Below are positions 28,039-37,465 of a stretch of 64,000 nt of DNA, one piece after another. This DNA is from a virus. Below the pieces are notes generated by a model. The model searched no databases. It saw nothing but the letters and a program-made list of their open reading frames with translations, and had not been told where the DNA came from. Both the position numbers and the translations under genes were made by a program. The stretch is taken from IMG/VR virus record IMGVR_UViG_3300008740_000600, positions 2,669-66,668 of that record; one strand, 5' to 3'. How positions within the stretch are numbered: the stretch's first letter is position 1; each line of letters starts with the position of its first letter.

Positions 28039-28809
28039 TTATACATACTTGATCGAAATAACGTGTTCGAATGTTTTATTAATTAGCGGTTTATAGAATA
28101 CGTTTTTATGAACTGTGAAACCAGTAGCACCGGAATCAGTAGTAAATTTTGCTAATTGTTTAAAGAACATCGTTCTCCTTTTTGTTTGACTAGTGCCTTT
28201 TAACTCATCTTCTTCTATCCAAAGCCAATTATTAATGTAACTTTGTTTGTCTTGAACATTCCAAGTTCTATGGTTTACAAAAAGATTCTGTTTACCTTCT
28301 ATGTTTATTGTTAATGGTAAATCAGACATTCTACTTTGACTTGTTTGGTTTTTAAAATCAACTAAACTAGTAATAAATGTACCTTTAGTAACTTTTGCTA
28401 TATGCCCAATTAATGCTTTTTGCTCATCTTCAGACGAACAGTACGTCATTAATTGATCTAACCCTAATACAACATCATATGTATTACCTTGGGCTATTTG
28501 CTCTACTAAACTATCTGGACCTTTATTAATTTTTATATTAAGCCCTTCAAAGACCATTCCAGGACCGTAAACTTCTTCACAAATGTCTGTATTAAAAACA
28601 GTTGTAACATCAAATTTCCTTTGGGCTAGACCCATTGTTACAAGATTACACCCTAAACTTAATACTTTAACTTTACTAGGATCCTCTTGGTGACCAATTA
28701 TACCATCAATGATAGAAGTTTTTACCTCTGCTATCTCTAATGTCTTTTTGGGATTTGTGACCATTACTTTAACAATGGCATTGTAATAGTCTGTTGAATG
28801 ATCTTCCAT
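28039..28809 (-). CDS. SAM-methyltransferase-fold protein
   Basis: VLSLGC, YDVVLGLD motifs. Confidence 0.45.
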   Translation of the reverse strand: MEDHSTDYYNAIVKVMVTNPKKTLEIAEVKTSIIDGIIGHQEDPSKVKVLSLGCNLVTMGLAQRKFDVTTVFNTDICEEVYGPGMVFEGLNIKINKGPDSLVEQIAQGNTYDVVLGLDQLMTYCSSEDEQKALIGHIAKVTKGTFITSLVDFKNQTSQSRMSDLPLTINIEGKQNLFVNHRTWNVQDKQSYINNWLWIEEDELKGTSQTKRRTMFFKQLAKFTTDSGATGFTVHKNVFYKPLINKTFEHVISIKYV

Positions 28810-28862
28810 AATTGATTTATTTAAACCTCTATTATTTTTTTGTATAAAGTATTTATCAATGA

Positions 28863-28938
28863 TGGTGGAGGATACAAGAATCGAACTTGCGACCTCCTGA
28901 ATGCAAATCAGGCGCTCTCCCTACTGAGCTAATCCCCC
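28863..28938 (-). tRNA. tRNA-Ala(UGC)
   Basis: GGGGGAT/ATCCTCC with G3:U70, CCTGA-TTTGCAT-TCAGG, CCA. Confidence 0.95.
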
Positions 28939-28954
28939 ATACTATATAGTTGGT

Positions 28955-29335
28955 TTAAACGTCTATTTCAATTAAACCGTTTTCTCGATCAATAAACTTG
29001 TACTCCATGCTCTCTGCTTCAAAATCTTTATCTATTAAATCAAAAATAAGTTTCGGGTCGAAGTCCGCACATGAATAAACATCCATTTGTACTAGTCCAG
29101 GATCTGTTTCATCCCAACAATGGACAGCTATATGAGATGTTTCAATTATTACTACTCCAGTTAAACCACGATTGCCAGGAACATCAACATATGATGTAAT
29201 TGGCCCTTGACATATAACCATGCCAATTTTATCAACTAATTCTATTAACCAAGTATGTAACCACTTTTGGTCTCTAGGTGTGTTTTTTGTTTCTGCCCTT
29301 ATAATAAGGTGCTTATGTTTTACTTCTAAATTCAT
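28955..29335 (-). CDS. speD: pyruvoyl-dependent S-adenosylmethionine decarboxylase homolog
   Basis: HLII, GLTGVVIIETSHIAVHCW, QMDVYSC; GGAGT RBS before ATG 29335. Confidence 0.8.
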   Translation of the reverse strand: MNLEVKHKHLIIRAETKNTPRDQKWLHTWLIELVDKIGMVICQGPITSYVDVPGNRGLTGVVIIETSHIAVHCWDETDPGLVQMDVYSCADFDPKLIFDLIDKDFEAESMEYKFIDRENGLIEIDV

Positions 29336-29355
29336 ATTATACTCCAAAAGTGTAA

Positions 29356-29431
<76 letters not shown>

Positions 29432-29456
29432 ATTCGTTTACACTATTTACTAACTA

Positions 29457-30023
29457 TCAAATATATTCCCTTAAAATCGTTTTTAATTCAGGATTGATCT
29501 TCGACAACCAAGTATCTACACTATAGCATTCATTTTCACGTTTGTCAAGAGATCTTTCCTCCATATATTTAAAGTCAATGGCTTTAATTTCACCAGCATC
29601 ATTGCCTGTAAGATTTGCCATGGCATTATTGAATTTATATACATTATGCTTCTGAAAAAACTTAAAGAGGTCGGTTATTTGTTCTTTTATGTTGGGGAAG
29701 TGGGTATGTAAGGTACCATTAGAATAGTAATCAAGTAACGTAGGGCCATAATATTCTTGAATCATGTACCATCCAGGCTCATTTTTTAATGATCCTGCCT
29801 CATAAAGCTCTACTACATACTTAGATTTTAAAACTGTTAACCACTTTCGTTCACGATCATACATTTTTTTAATTTCATCTAAATCAGTAATCATAGGTGG
29901 CTTATTTTTTATAGTTATAGCATTTGGCTTATAATACTTTTTAACAAGTTTGTCTTCTTTATCAATCCAAACTTCTGCTAACGACCCTCTAGAGCTTTCA
30001 CTATTCAAGTACAGTTGATACAC
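29457..30023 (-). CDS. protein-kinase-like fold protein
   Basis: LVKKYY, E helix, MIQEYYG hinge, AIDF. Confidence 0.55.
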   Translation of the reverse strand: MYQLYLNSESSRGSLAEVWIDKEDKLVKKYYKPNAITIKNKPPMITDLDEIKKMYDRERKWLTVLKSKYVVELYEAGSLKNEPGWYMIQEYYGPTLLDYYSNGTLHTHFPNIKEQITDLFKFFQKHNVYKFNNAMANLTGNDAGEIKAIDFKYMEERSLDKRENECYSVDTWLSKINPELKTILREYI

Positions 30024-30729
30024 TTCTAACCTCAGTATAATATTCTTTTAAAATTAACTCAACTTTCAAAATTTTATTTTGATCAAAATCGGCACCTAGT
30101 TGTTTTTTAAACCAGTCTATTATTTCACTAGTATTTTCACTTACTAATATATCACAGAAATCAATCGAGTTGTCAAATTGTTTATTATTCCATTTATCAA
30201 CAAATGAATCAAACTGATTTACTATCGGTACGTTGCCTAAGAATTTCTTTCCACGGTTAATTTGATATGTTCTGCTTTTATCTGTTTTTGACTGTATTGT
30301 TATAACTTTTATATTTTTATGTACTTCGTTCCACGGTATTTGACCCCAACTATGTAAATGGTATACTACTCTTTCGTTAACAGGCGGTTTAGTATACTCT
30401 GGATAAAAAGTAGAATTATCACCTAACCATAAAACGGGTATCTCTCTACAAGCAAACAATGTTGTTGCTAAAAATTCAAAATAATAATTATAATCATTAG
30501 CTAACTCACCTATTATTGTTGGCTTCTGTTGTTCTATAAAATAATTTACAACCCTTTTAGGAAACATAGTATCATGATAAATTTCTCCTGTTGGTGTCAT
30601 TACTTGTGGATCATCATAGTTTTGTTTTAAATCAAACTCGCACCATAAACGTGATAATAATTGTCCACTAGAACCAGGTAGATAATCTACAAGAACCAAT
30701 TCATTATTGTTTAAGAAACTATATTCCAT
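30001..30729 (-). CDS. sulfotransferase-like/hypothetical protein
   Basis: VDYLPGSSGQLL N-terminal loop. Confidence 0.4.
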   Translation of the reverse strand: MEYSFLNNNELVLVDYLPGSSGQLLSRLWCEFDLKQNYDDPQVMTPTGEIYHDTMFPKRVVNYFIEQQKPTIIGELANDYNYYFEFLATTLFACREIPVLWLGDNSTFYPEYTKPPVNERVVYHLHSWGQIPWNEVHKNIKVITIQSKTDKSRTYQINRGKKFLGNVPIVNQFDSFVDKWNNKQFDNSIDFCDILVSENTSEIIDWFKKQLGADFDQNKILKVELILKEYYTEVRSVSTVLE

Positions 30730-31879
30730 GTCTTAAATATTCCATATATAAATCTACATCAGCATCTAATTCTTCTATGTTAAATCCTCTAATAGAATTA
30801 CATTTTTCCATCCAAGCTAATGCTGTCTTTAATTCAGTTACATCATCATCTTGATTATAATTTATAAGTGAATTTAAAAATTCTTCATTATCATTTGATG
30901 ATATTAAATTTGACAAATCAAGATTTTTGACTTCTTCTATAGTATCTCGTAACAATTCATGTGGTATGTTTTTAATACTACAATATGAAGGACCTTGTAC
31001 AAAATTATTAATCTTAATTTTACTTTCATTTTTTAAATTTAAACTCAACATCCAACGTAATAATTGAGGAGTATGCCAAATATTAAAAAGACTAAACACA
31101 GGCATGAATATCAATTTTATATTAGCATCAATAAGACGTTTTACATTTTGTTCTACTATGTTAAAGTCATAGTTTCTAATATAATCATACAACCGACCAG
31201 TAGCATCTATACTTGGGTTTATCCAAATATTAAGATTCTTAATGATATCTATAATGTTGTTTGATATTAAAGTACAATTACTAGTAAGAGAAACTTCATT
31301 AGGCATATTATTTTTAGACATTTCTGTAAGCAAATATATACCTTCTTTATTAAAAAAAGGTTCACCCCCAATTAGCTCAATAGAAAGATTTGGGTTATTT
31401 TTCATTTTGTCTAATAACTCATCTATAAAATCTCTACTAATTTTAAAATTATATTTTAAAAACTCGTGCCTGTCTGAAAACAACTCGGGCATTTCTTTAT
31501 CATACTGCCTCCAACCACTTGAGAAATCACTACCACAAGTTACACAGGCAACATTACATTGATTGCCTAATGCTACTTCTACAAATTTAGGATTTGTATT
31601 AAATTTTTGAAATGGTTTATGAGTATTAGCAATATTATACTTTTGCCTTTTAGATCTAAAACCAGATTCTTCTTTACTTTGACAACCACGACATCCTGGA
31701 TGCCATTTACCGTTATCAAAGTCAGTTATTATTTCTCTTCTTAAATCTGATTTCCAGTAGTCCGAAATTGATTGTAAATCATTAGCATACGAATTTTGAA
31801 AGGCACAACAAGGGCTAATTTTTCCTACAGATGTTACTGCTACTGCTTCATATGGCATTTTACAGAATTTTTTATCCAC
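30719..31879 (-). CDS. radical SAM protein with N-terminal SPASM/twitch-like domain
   Basis: CNVACVTC, GGEPF, FCKMPY..PCC, GCRGC. Confidence 0.85.
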   Translation of the reverse strand: MDKKFCKMPYEAVAVTSVGKISPCCAFQNSYANDLQSISDYWKSDLRREIITDFDNGKWHPGCRGCQSKEESGFRSKRQKYNIANTHKPFQKFNTNPKFVEVALGNQCNVACVTCGSDFSSGWRQYDKEMPELFSDRHEFLKYNFKISRDFIDELLDKMKNNPNLSIELIGGEPFFNKEGIYLLTEMSKNNMPNEVSLTSNCTLISNNIIDIIKNLNIWINPSIDATGRLYDYIRNYDFNIVEQNVKRLIDANIKLIFMPVFSLFNIWHTPQLLRWMLSLNLKNESKIKINNFVQGPSYCSIKNIPHELLRDTIEEVKNLDLSNLISSNDNEEFLNSLINYNQDDDVTELKTALAWMEKCNSIRGFNIEELDADVDLYMEYLRHGI

Positions 31880-31882
31880 AAA

Positions 31883-33067
31883 TTAAACTCCATAATCTTC
31901 CTGGTCACCTTCACGTTCAACATCTAATGTAACACAATGCCAACCGGCATCCCAAAAATGTCTATGCCTATTTGGTACATGAATCATGTCAATGCCATGC
32001 GACTTAAATGTTTTTTCAAGTTCCAAATTTTCAGCGTTTACTATTGCTGTTTTTTCATCTAACATTAATAAGTTAACATCAAATACTGTTTCTTCTACAA
32101 ACCCAACCCAATCATCTAACCAGGTTTCTACAAAGTCTGTAAACTCTGTATTATCTTCTTCACCAGGCATCCACCATTTACCTTCATTATGTCTTTTAAT
32201 TTCTAAGAAAGGTCTAACTTGATTTAAGTTACTATCTGGTAGATAAATTTTGTCCCAATTAGGAAATGATTCAGCATAATGTCCTATATCTTCTGTTGTT
32301 AATAATACGCCAGGTTTTAATACATTAAAAACAGCATCATTATGACCGCCTATGAATACACCTTTATAATTAAACTGCGGATATGCTAATTCCATATAGT
32401 CAGCAATATCTACAGCCTGTTGAGTATCACAAAAACAAGTTTTACCTACCCTAGTTAATTCTGGGGCACAAAAACCTGTCATTCTATCTGAAACAAAAGG
32501 TGTTCCTGCTTCATCTATTAATGAATCAATATCTTCTTCTTTTACACCTAACCTGCCTAGCCTATTTCTATGATTTGCTGTTGTTCTTGTAAATTTCTTT
32601 TTATCTCTAACAATAGTCCAATCAAAATCGTCACCAAACCATTTTTCAAATAAAGGAACCCAAGGTTTGGACTCAAAAGCACTACCTGTCATAACAACTT
32701 GTTTACCCATAGTAACAAAATCATCACGTGGGTTAAGAGGAGGTACAGGAAGCTGATTGCGACCTTTTTCATGCTGGCCATGTTTATCACTACCCATGCC
32801 CATTTTGCCTTCATCATCCAAGTAATCCATTATACTTGTTTTATATCCTAATTCTTCAGTAGTTGCTGTATATGTTTTTACACCACGATCTTCTACTACC
32901 TTCTTTAGGTTATCTAAATCTTCTAATGTTTCAGTAGCAATACGTTGAAGGCATTCTTTAGCCTTAGTATTCTTTACATCATTAAAAAATTCTGGTGGAT
33001 AAGTTGTACCAATTACTAATTGTTTGAGCGGTTGAAATTCGCTCCACGAATTTACATTATTTGCCAT
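31883..33067 (-). CDS. amidinotransferase (glycine/inosamine-type, pentein fold)
   Basis: SWSEFQPL, PRDD, GGHND, FDVN, RHFWDAGWHCVTLD. Confidence 0.82.
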   Translation of the reverse strand: MANNVNSWSEFQPLKQLVIGTTYPPEFFNDVKNTKAKECLQRIATETLEDLDNLKKVVEDRGVKTYTATTEELGYKTSIMDYLDDEGKMGMGSDKHGQHEKGRNQLPVPPLNPRDDFVTMGKQVVMTGSAFESKPWVPLFEKWFGDDFDWTIVRDKKKFTRTTANHRNRLGRLGVKEEDIDSLIDEAGTPFVSDRMTGFCAPELTRVGKTCFCDTQQAVDIADYMELAYPQFNYKGVFIGGHNDAVFNVLKPGVLLTTEDIGHYAESFPNWDKIYLPDSNLNQVRPFLEIKRHNEGKWWMPGEEDNTEFTDFVETWLDDWVGFVEETVFDVNLLMLDEKTAIVNAENLELEKTFKSHGIDMIHVPNRHRHFWDAGWHCVTLDVEREGDQEDYGV

Positions 33068-33422
33068 TTTCTAGTGCTTCTCTATGTTTAGTTAAATCAT
33101 CGGGGAAATCCCGGTATAGGAAATGTTGAATTGTTTCAACATCAACGTATTTATTGAACCCAACGTGTTCCTTATTGACGTTATTCTCGTTAGTTACAAC
33201 ACCAGACATAGCACTATCTAATTGTGTCATATCATTAAACTCCATATCAATACGAAAGTCTGGCATATCCATAGATCTGAACCCTAATTTCATTCTGGTA
33301 ATTCGGTATTTCTCCATTCTACCGGCTTCAACTAACTTATCTAAGAATTTAGTCATGTATCTTATGAATTCATGAGCTGTGACCTCTTCGGTGTGGTCGG
33401 CGTAAATAGTATAAACGTCCAT
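33057..33422 (-). CDS. DUF6614-like alpha/beta barrel protein
   Basis: YRITRMKLGF..MPDFRIDMEF..MTQLDSA..LYRDFPD. Confidence 0.55.
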   Translation of the reverse strand: MDVYTIYADHTEEVTAHEFIRYMTKFLDKLVEAGRMEKYRITRMKLGFRSMDMPDFRIDMEFNDMTQLDSAMSGVVTNENNVNKEHVGFNKYVDVETIQHFLYRDFPDDLTKHREALENGK

Positions 33423-33478
33423 GTAGGACCTCCTTGTATATAAGTAATTATCTGACTATATAATAGAAAAACAAATTA

Positions 33479-34165
33479 ATGAAAATCTACTACGATCATA
33501 TATACGGCACAATGGAAAAGCTAGATATCCGTTGTTCCGAAATTTTAGCAAAATACGTCAAGCCTGACGAGGAACTTAAAGCACTTGATATGGGCTTTTT
33601 ATGGCATAGTGTCGAAGGTGACTACGAACTATGGTATAACAGCCGTTCTGTAAGAGTTGATTTAAAAGTTTGGCAAGGTAAACGTAAAAAACCTGCTTGG
33701 AACAATGTTAAAGAACTCAAACGTGATGATCCTCGTTGGTTAAAAATGTATCATAGCTATATCAAAAGTAAAGATCTATATGCTTACCCAGGTGATGATG
33801 AAATTCACAAAGAAAATAAATTATTTGGTTACTTTGACGATGACGATAAACTAATAGGCTTATCTAAAATACGCGAATACCAAGGTGCTTGGGAAACGTG
33901 TGTATTTGTCCATGATCATTCCATACCTCATTTTGGTCGTATAACTTTAAACCATGAATTACATATGGCTTATACATTGGGCCATAAACATCTTTACATT
34001 GGTGGTGGTTACGAAAAAACTTGTATATACAAAGGTAAACTAAAAGGCTTTGAATACTTTGACGGTGAAAAATGGCAAAAAAATAAAGAAACGTATATTA
34101 AACTTTGTCAACGTGATAGTCTTATTCACTCTTTACAGGATCTTCATGATGTGTACGCCAATTAA
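33479..34165 (+). CDS. ATE1/Bpt-like aminoacyl-tRNA--protein transferase
   Basis: ALDMGF...SRSVRV, KLIG, FGRITLNHELHMAYTLGHKHLYIG, YK, FE...W resemble ATE_N/ATE_C. Confidence 0.6.
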   Translation: MKIYYDHIYGTMEKLDIRCSEILAKYVKPDEELKALDMGFLWHSVEGDYELWYNSRSVRVDLKVWQGKRKKPAWNNVKELKRDDPRWLKMYHSYIKSKDLYAYPGDDEIHKENKLFGYFDDDDKLIGLSKIREYQGAWETCVFVHDHSIPHFGRITLNHELHMAYTLGHKHLYIGGGYEKTCIYKGKLKGFEYFDGEKWQKNKETYIKLCQRDSLIHSLQDLHDVYAN

Positions 34166-34647
34166 CAACATCATCTAAATTTTCTTTACTCCAAACATCA
34201 TAGTAACCTTTCTTTTTAAGAAATCCACTAAACATTTGTATTTTACTTAAACGTTGCATTAGTACAATAGGATATTTCCCATTATTCATACAAACACCAT
34301 TAATAATTTCTTTATCATCTGGGTGATCTTCTAGCACTACAAAATCATTTTCCATTAAGTAATTTTCATTTGTACTTTTTACTAAACTGCTTAATAGTTC
34401 AGACGAAACACCAGGAACAAATATACAACAAACATCTATATTTTCGTCCCATTGTTCTGCTTTCTTTATTAAGTAAAGATTAATGTCCATATCAGCTACT
34501 TCAAAAGCTACTTTATTTTCAAGTATGGCTTGTTGAGCATAAGGACAAGGAGGAAAATTATTTAATAACGGGTTAGGTTGTGTAACAAACTCATCTAACC
34601 ATTTTTTTATGTAATTTGTTGCTTCTTCTAAATTAAACATCATCATA
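34122..34647 (-). CDS. DUF1415-like protein
   Basis: WLDEFV...PPCPYA, EDHP, YPIVLMQR; start approximate. Confidence 0.55.
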
Positions 34648-35649
34648 AACTCCTGGAGGAATAATACCGTTATCAACAGTTGAAAACTTCATGTCAGTTC
34701 TATCGTATACTTTTGCCCATACAATAGAATTTACCAATGTTCTTAATACCCATGATAAAGAATTTATTCTTTTATATCCCATAGTCCACCAGGCAGTTGG
34801 TTGAATTAATCTACTACCTATAATCCATAATGTATCTTTTCTTTTTTCTAACACTAATTTTTCTAATTCTTCTATAGTATGAAATGTCTCAATGTTTTCA
34901 AAATATTCTAATTCTTTTTTTGTAAATTTATAACCATCATAATAAACTAAATTAGGTAATTGGGCATTAAACAATTCATCTTGTGTTGTCCTAGTAAAAG
35001 GTATCATTTGATCTATAAAAACTGACTCCATACCTTCTGTTTTTTCTTTTGATTTAGTCCATTCAAGAAAATCATTCCTCCATTCTTTTAAGTTGCTAGT
35101 ACTTAACTCGTCATGTCCTCCCTCATAAAAATCATCTCCAACTGACAAGTCAAAATCTTTTATAACTTGAAGTTTTTCAGTTTTACATTTCTTTTCCCAC
35201 TCGTCTACTGAGTCTCCTTGAAAACAATCATTATGCTTGTAATTTAATATACAAAAAAGGTCGTGTTCTTTAGCACGGATCATCCCCCATTGTTCTGATT
35301 CTCGAATATGGTCCCAGCCTTTTTCAACATTAAACATCATAGATATAGCTTGATTAATTTTTTCCATTAAATCATAATACACGAGTATACCAGGACGTAC
35401 CCAAACAACAAAATCAAGATGGTTCTGTAAAGTTCGACATTGCCAAAGTATATTATGAAGTGGTATTTGACCGTCATTTATAATAACATTTTTACACATA
35501 TTTTCATGAAATGTTAATCTTAAATACGATTCAGTAAATCTACAAATTTCTCTAGTATTAAAATCTTGTTTAGGGGAATAAGTCATCCATATTGACTTCT
35601 CAGAAAATCTGGTGTTCATATCTGACTCTAAAATAAAATCTAATAGCAT
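34633..35649 (-). CDS. hypothetical protein
   Basis: long ORF in operon. Confidence 0.55.
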   Translation of the reverse strand: MLLDFILESDMNTRFSEKSIWMTYSPKQDFNTREICRFTESYLRLTFHENMCKNVIINDGQIPLHNILWQCRTLQNHLDFVVWVRPGILVYYDLMEKINQAISMMFNVEKGWDHIRESEQWGMIRAKEHDLFCILNYKHNDCFQGDSVDEWEKKCKTEKLQVIKDFDLSVGDDFYEGGHDELSTSNLKEWRNDFLEWTKSKEKTEGMESVFIDQMIPFTRTTQDELFNAQLPNLVYYDGYKFTKKELEYFENIETFHTIEELEKLVLEKRKDTLWIIGSRLIQPTAWWTMGYKRINSLSWVLRTLVNSIVWAKVYDRTDMKFSTVDNGIIPPGVYDDV

Positions 35650-36047
35650 ACTAAAATTGTCCCTGCCTTAAGAACACCCGGCTCTTTTCTTTCATCTTCA
35701 GGCCCGTCTTCATTTCGTATAACTTCTTCAGCTTTAAAACTATATTTTGATTCCCAAACAGTGACGTCACTAACATAAAAACATTTCCTAAAAGCATTTA
35801 CTCTTATTTCTCTAGGTGGTACTGTATTGTATAGCACTATTTTTGAAATCCCGAAATTCTTTATATGTTCTAACAGTATTTTTTTATATTTAAGAGCTGT
35901 TCCTTCTGGTGTCCAACCTTCTTCATACAATTTCAAACCTTTTCTTGGGGTTTGACTCGCTAGATTTAATAACTCTTTCTTACAAAGAAGATTTAAAGTT
36001 CTAACATAGAAATAATTGCTGGCGGTATTCTGATTAGATAAATTCAT
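35640..36047 (-). CDS. hypothetical protein
   Basis: ORF in operon. Confidence 0.45.
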   Translation of the reverse strand: MNLSNQNTASNYFYVRTLNLLCKKELLNLASQTPRKGLKLYEEGWTPEGTALKYKKILLEHIKNFGISKIVLYNTVPPREIRVNAFRKCFYVSDVTVWESKYSFKAEEVIRNEDGPEDERKEPGVLKAGTILVCY

Positions 36048-36078
36048 TCGAACTCTTTTGTTATTATACTATTAATTA

Positions 36079-37008
36079 TTACGCGGCAACTGGAGCGGCT
36101 TGAAATCTTTTACCAAAAATATTCTCAGTAAACAACGGCCAGTCAGCGTCTTTAGGATGCCATTCTTGTTTTTGTATTTTACCGTGTGAGAAATTCCAAA
36201 TCCAGCTACCAACACAACAAGCTTCAGCATAATGCCAAGCACTTGCTCCTTGTGTTGCCGGGATTCTTGTATAGTATATATCACATTGAGGAGCACCAAA
36301 TTTTACACCAACTACATTACAAAATATATCTAAGTAACTGTCTGTGTGATTATAAAACTTTTTAGCATTTCTCACAATATCTCTATATCCCCTACTCAAG
36401 TACAACCAATTCATAGTATAATCATAAGCATGATATGGAAGGTATAATGAATGTCCAATAGTTTCTGCTACATAATTTCTACTTCTTAAACTAACTTCTG
36501 TAAAACTGTCAGTACCACTATTAACAATATCCCTATATAATTCTGGATCTATATTAGGTGCTACGGCTGTTCTACCGTCCCACATATTTGGATTCATTCC
36601 TATATAATAATCTAGTCGATCAACTGTTGAAAAATCTAATGTCATAACTGCCGACATCATATCCATTAATCCTGAAAATACACCAACTCCATCTACTATA
36701 TTCTTACCAGTACCATGAAACATATCAGTTCTATTGATCGTTATAAGCGTATTATGGTCGGGTAAAGCGTTGGCTATAGCATGAGTTGTACCAAAATCAC
36801 AATTAGTAACAATATAGTCGTGATTTTCAGCTATTTCCGTTGGTGTGTAGTTAGCAAATGGTAAAGCGCCTTGGGATAGTGTTTTTCCAACTTGGGTATC
36901 ATCAAACCAAGTACAAATTACATCAGTCGTAAATCTATTTTTCTGCCTAGTAATAACATTCCTTACAGCAGACCCTAATTGACCGTTACATACTATTGCT
37001 ATCTTCAT
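36079..37008 (-). CDS. divergent saccharopine dehydrogenase/carboxyspermidine synthase-like Rossmann protein
   Basis: MKIAIVCNGQLGSAV; DGVGVFSGL resembles the G(L/F)xPG motif. Confidence 0.45.
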   Translation of the reverse strand: MKIAIVCNGQLGSAVRNVITRQKNRFTTDVICTWFDDTQVGKTLSQGALPFANYTPTEIAENHDYIVTNCDFGTTHAIANALPDHNTLITINRTDMFHGTGKNIVDGVGVFSGLMDMMSAVMTLDFSTVDRLDYYIGMNPNMWDGRTAVAPNIDPELYRDIVNSGTDSFTEVSLRSRNYVAETIGHSLYLPYHAYDYTMNWLYLSRGYRDIVRNAKKFYNHTDSYLDIFCNVVGVKFGAPQCDIYYTRIPATQGASAWHYAEACCVGSWIWNFSHGKIQKQEWHPKDADWPLFTENIFGKRFQAAPVAA

Positions 37009-37118
37009 TTGATACCTTCTATTCGTTGTATAAATATATTTAGCACATAAAGGAATGGGAGCAATTTTTTCTATTTGGCAGGGAAAGGGATTTTCCTTGT
37101 TTTAACAGAGGGATCTAG

Positions 37119-37286
37119 ATGGATGGTGAATTAATAGTACTAATATCAAAATTATGGCCTATATTTTTAGGTTTTATAACACTAGTAATAGTGTTAGCCA
37201 AAATGCACAGCTCAATAACAGTATTAGAAGAGAAAGTTAAAGTAGCTTTTGAACTAATTAACAAATTAAACTCAGAAAAAAAGTAA
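37119..37286 (+). CDS. small TM + coiled-coil protein (not in ORF track)
   Basis: MDGELIVLISKLWPIFLGFITLVIVLAKMHSSITVLEEKVKVAFELINKLNSEKK; GAGGG RBS. Confidence 0.6.
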   Translation: MDGELIVLISKLWPIFLGFITLVIVLAKMHSSITVLEEKVKVAFELINKLNSEKK

Positions 37287-37309
37287 ACTATTCCGTTGAA
37301 GGGAAATAG

Positions 37310-37465
37310 ATGACATCAAGAAGCGAATATGAACAGCGAGCCTGGGATTTACTTAAAAAACAATCTGGTGGTAGAATTTGGACCGGTTGCGATCTATGTA
37401 AAACTTTCTGTTTGGGAATGATAGTTGGTTTCGTAATAACACTTATTGCTACGACTATTTTGTAG
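37310..37465 (+). CDS. small C-terminal TM protein (not in ORF track)
   Basis: MTSRSEYEQRAWDLL...GCDLCKTFCLGMIVGFVITLIATTIL. Confidence 0.45.
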   Translation: MTSRSEYEQRAWDLLKKQSGGRIWTGCDLCKTFCLGMIVGFVITLIATTIL

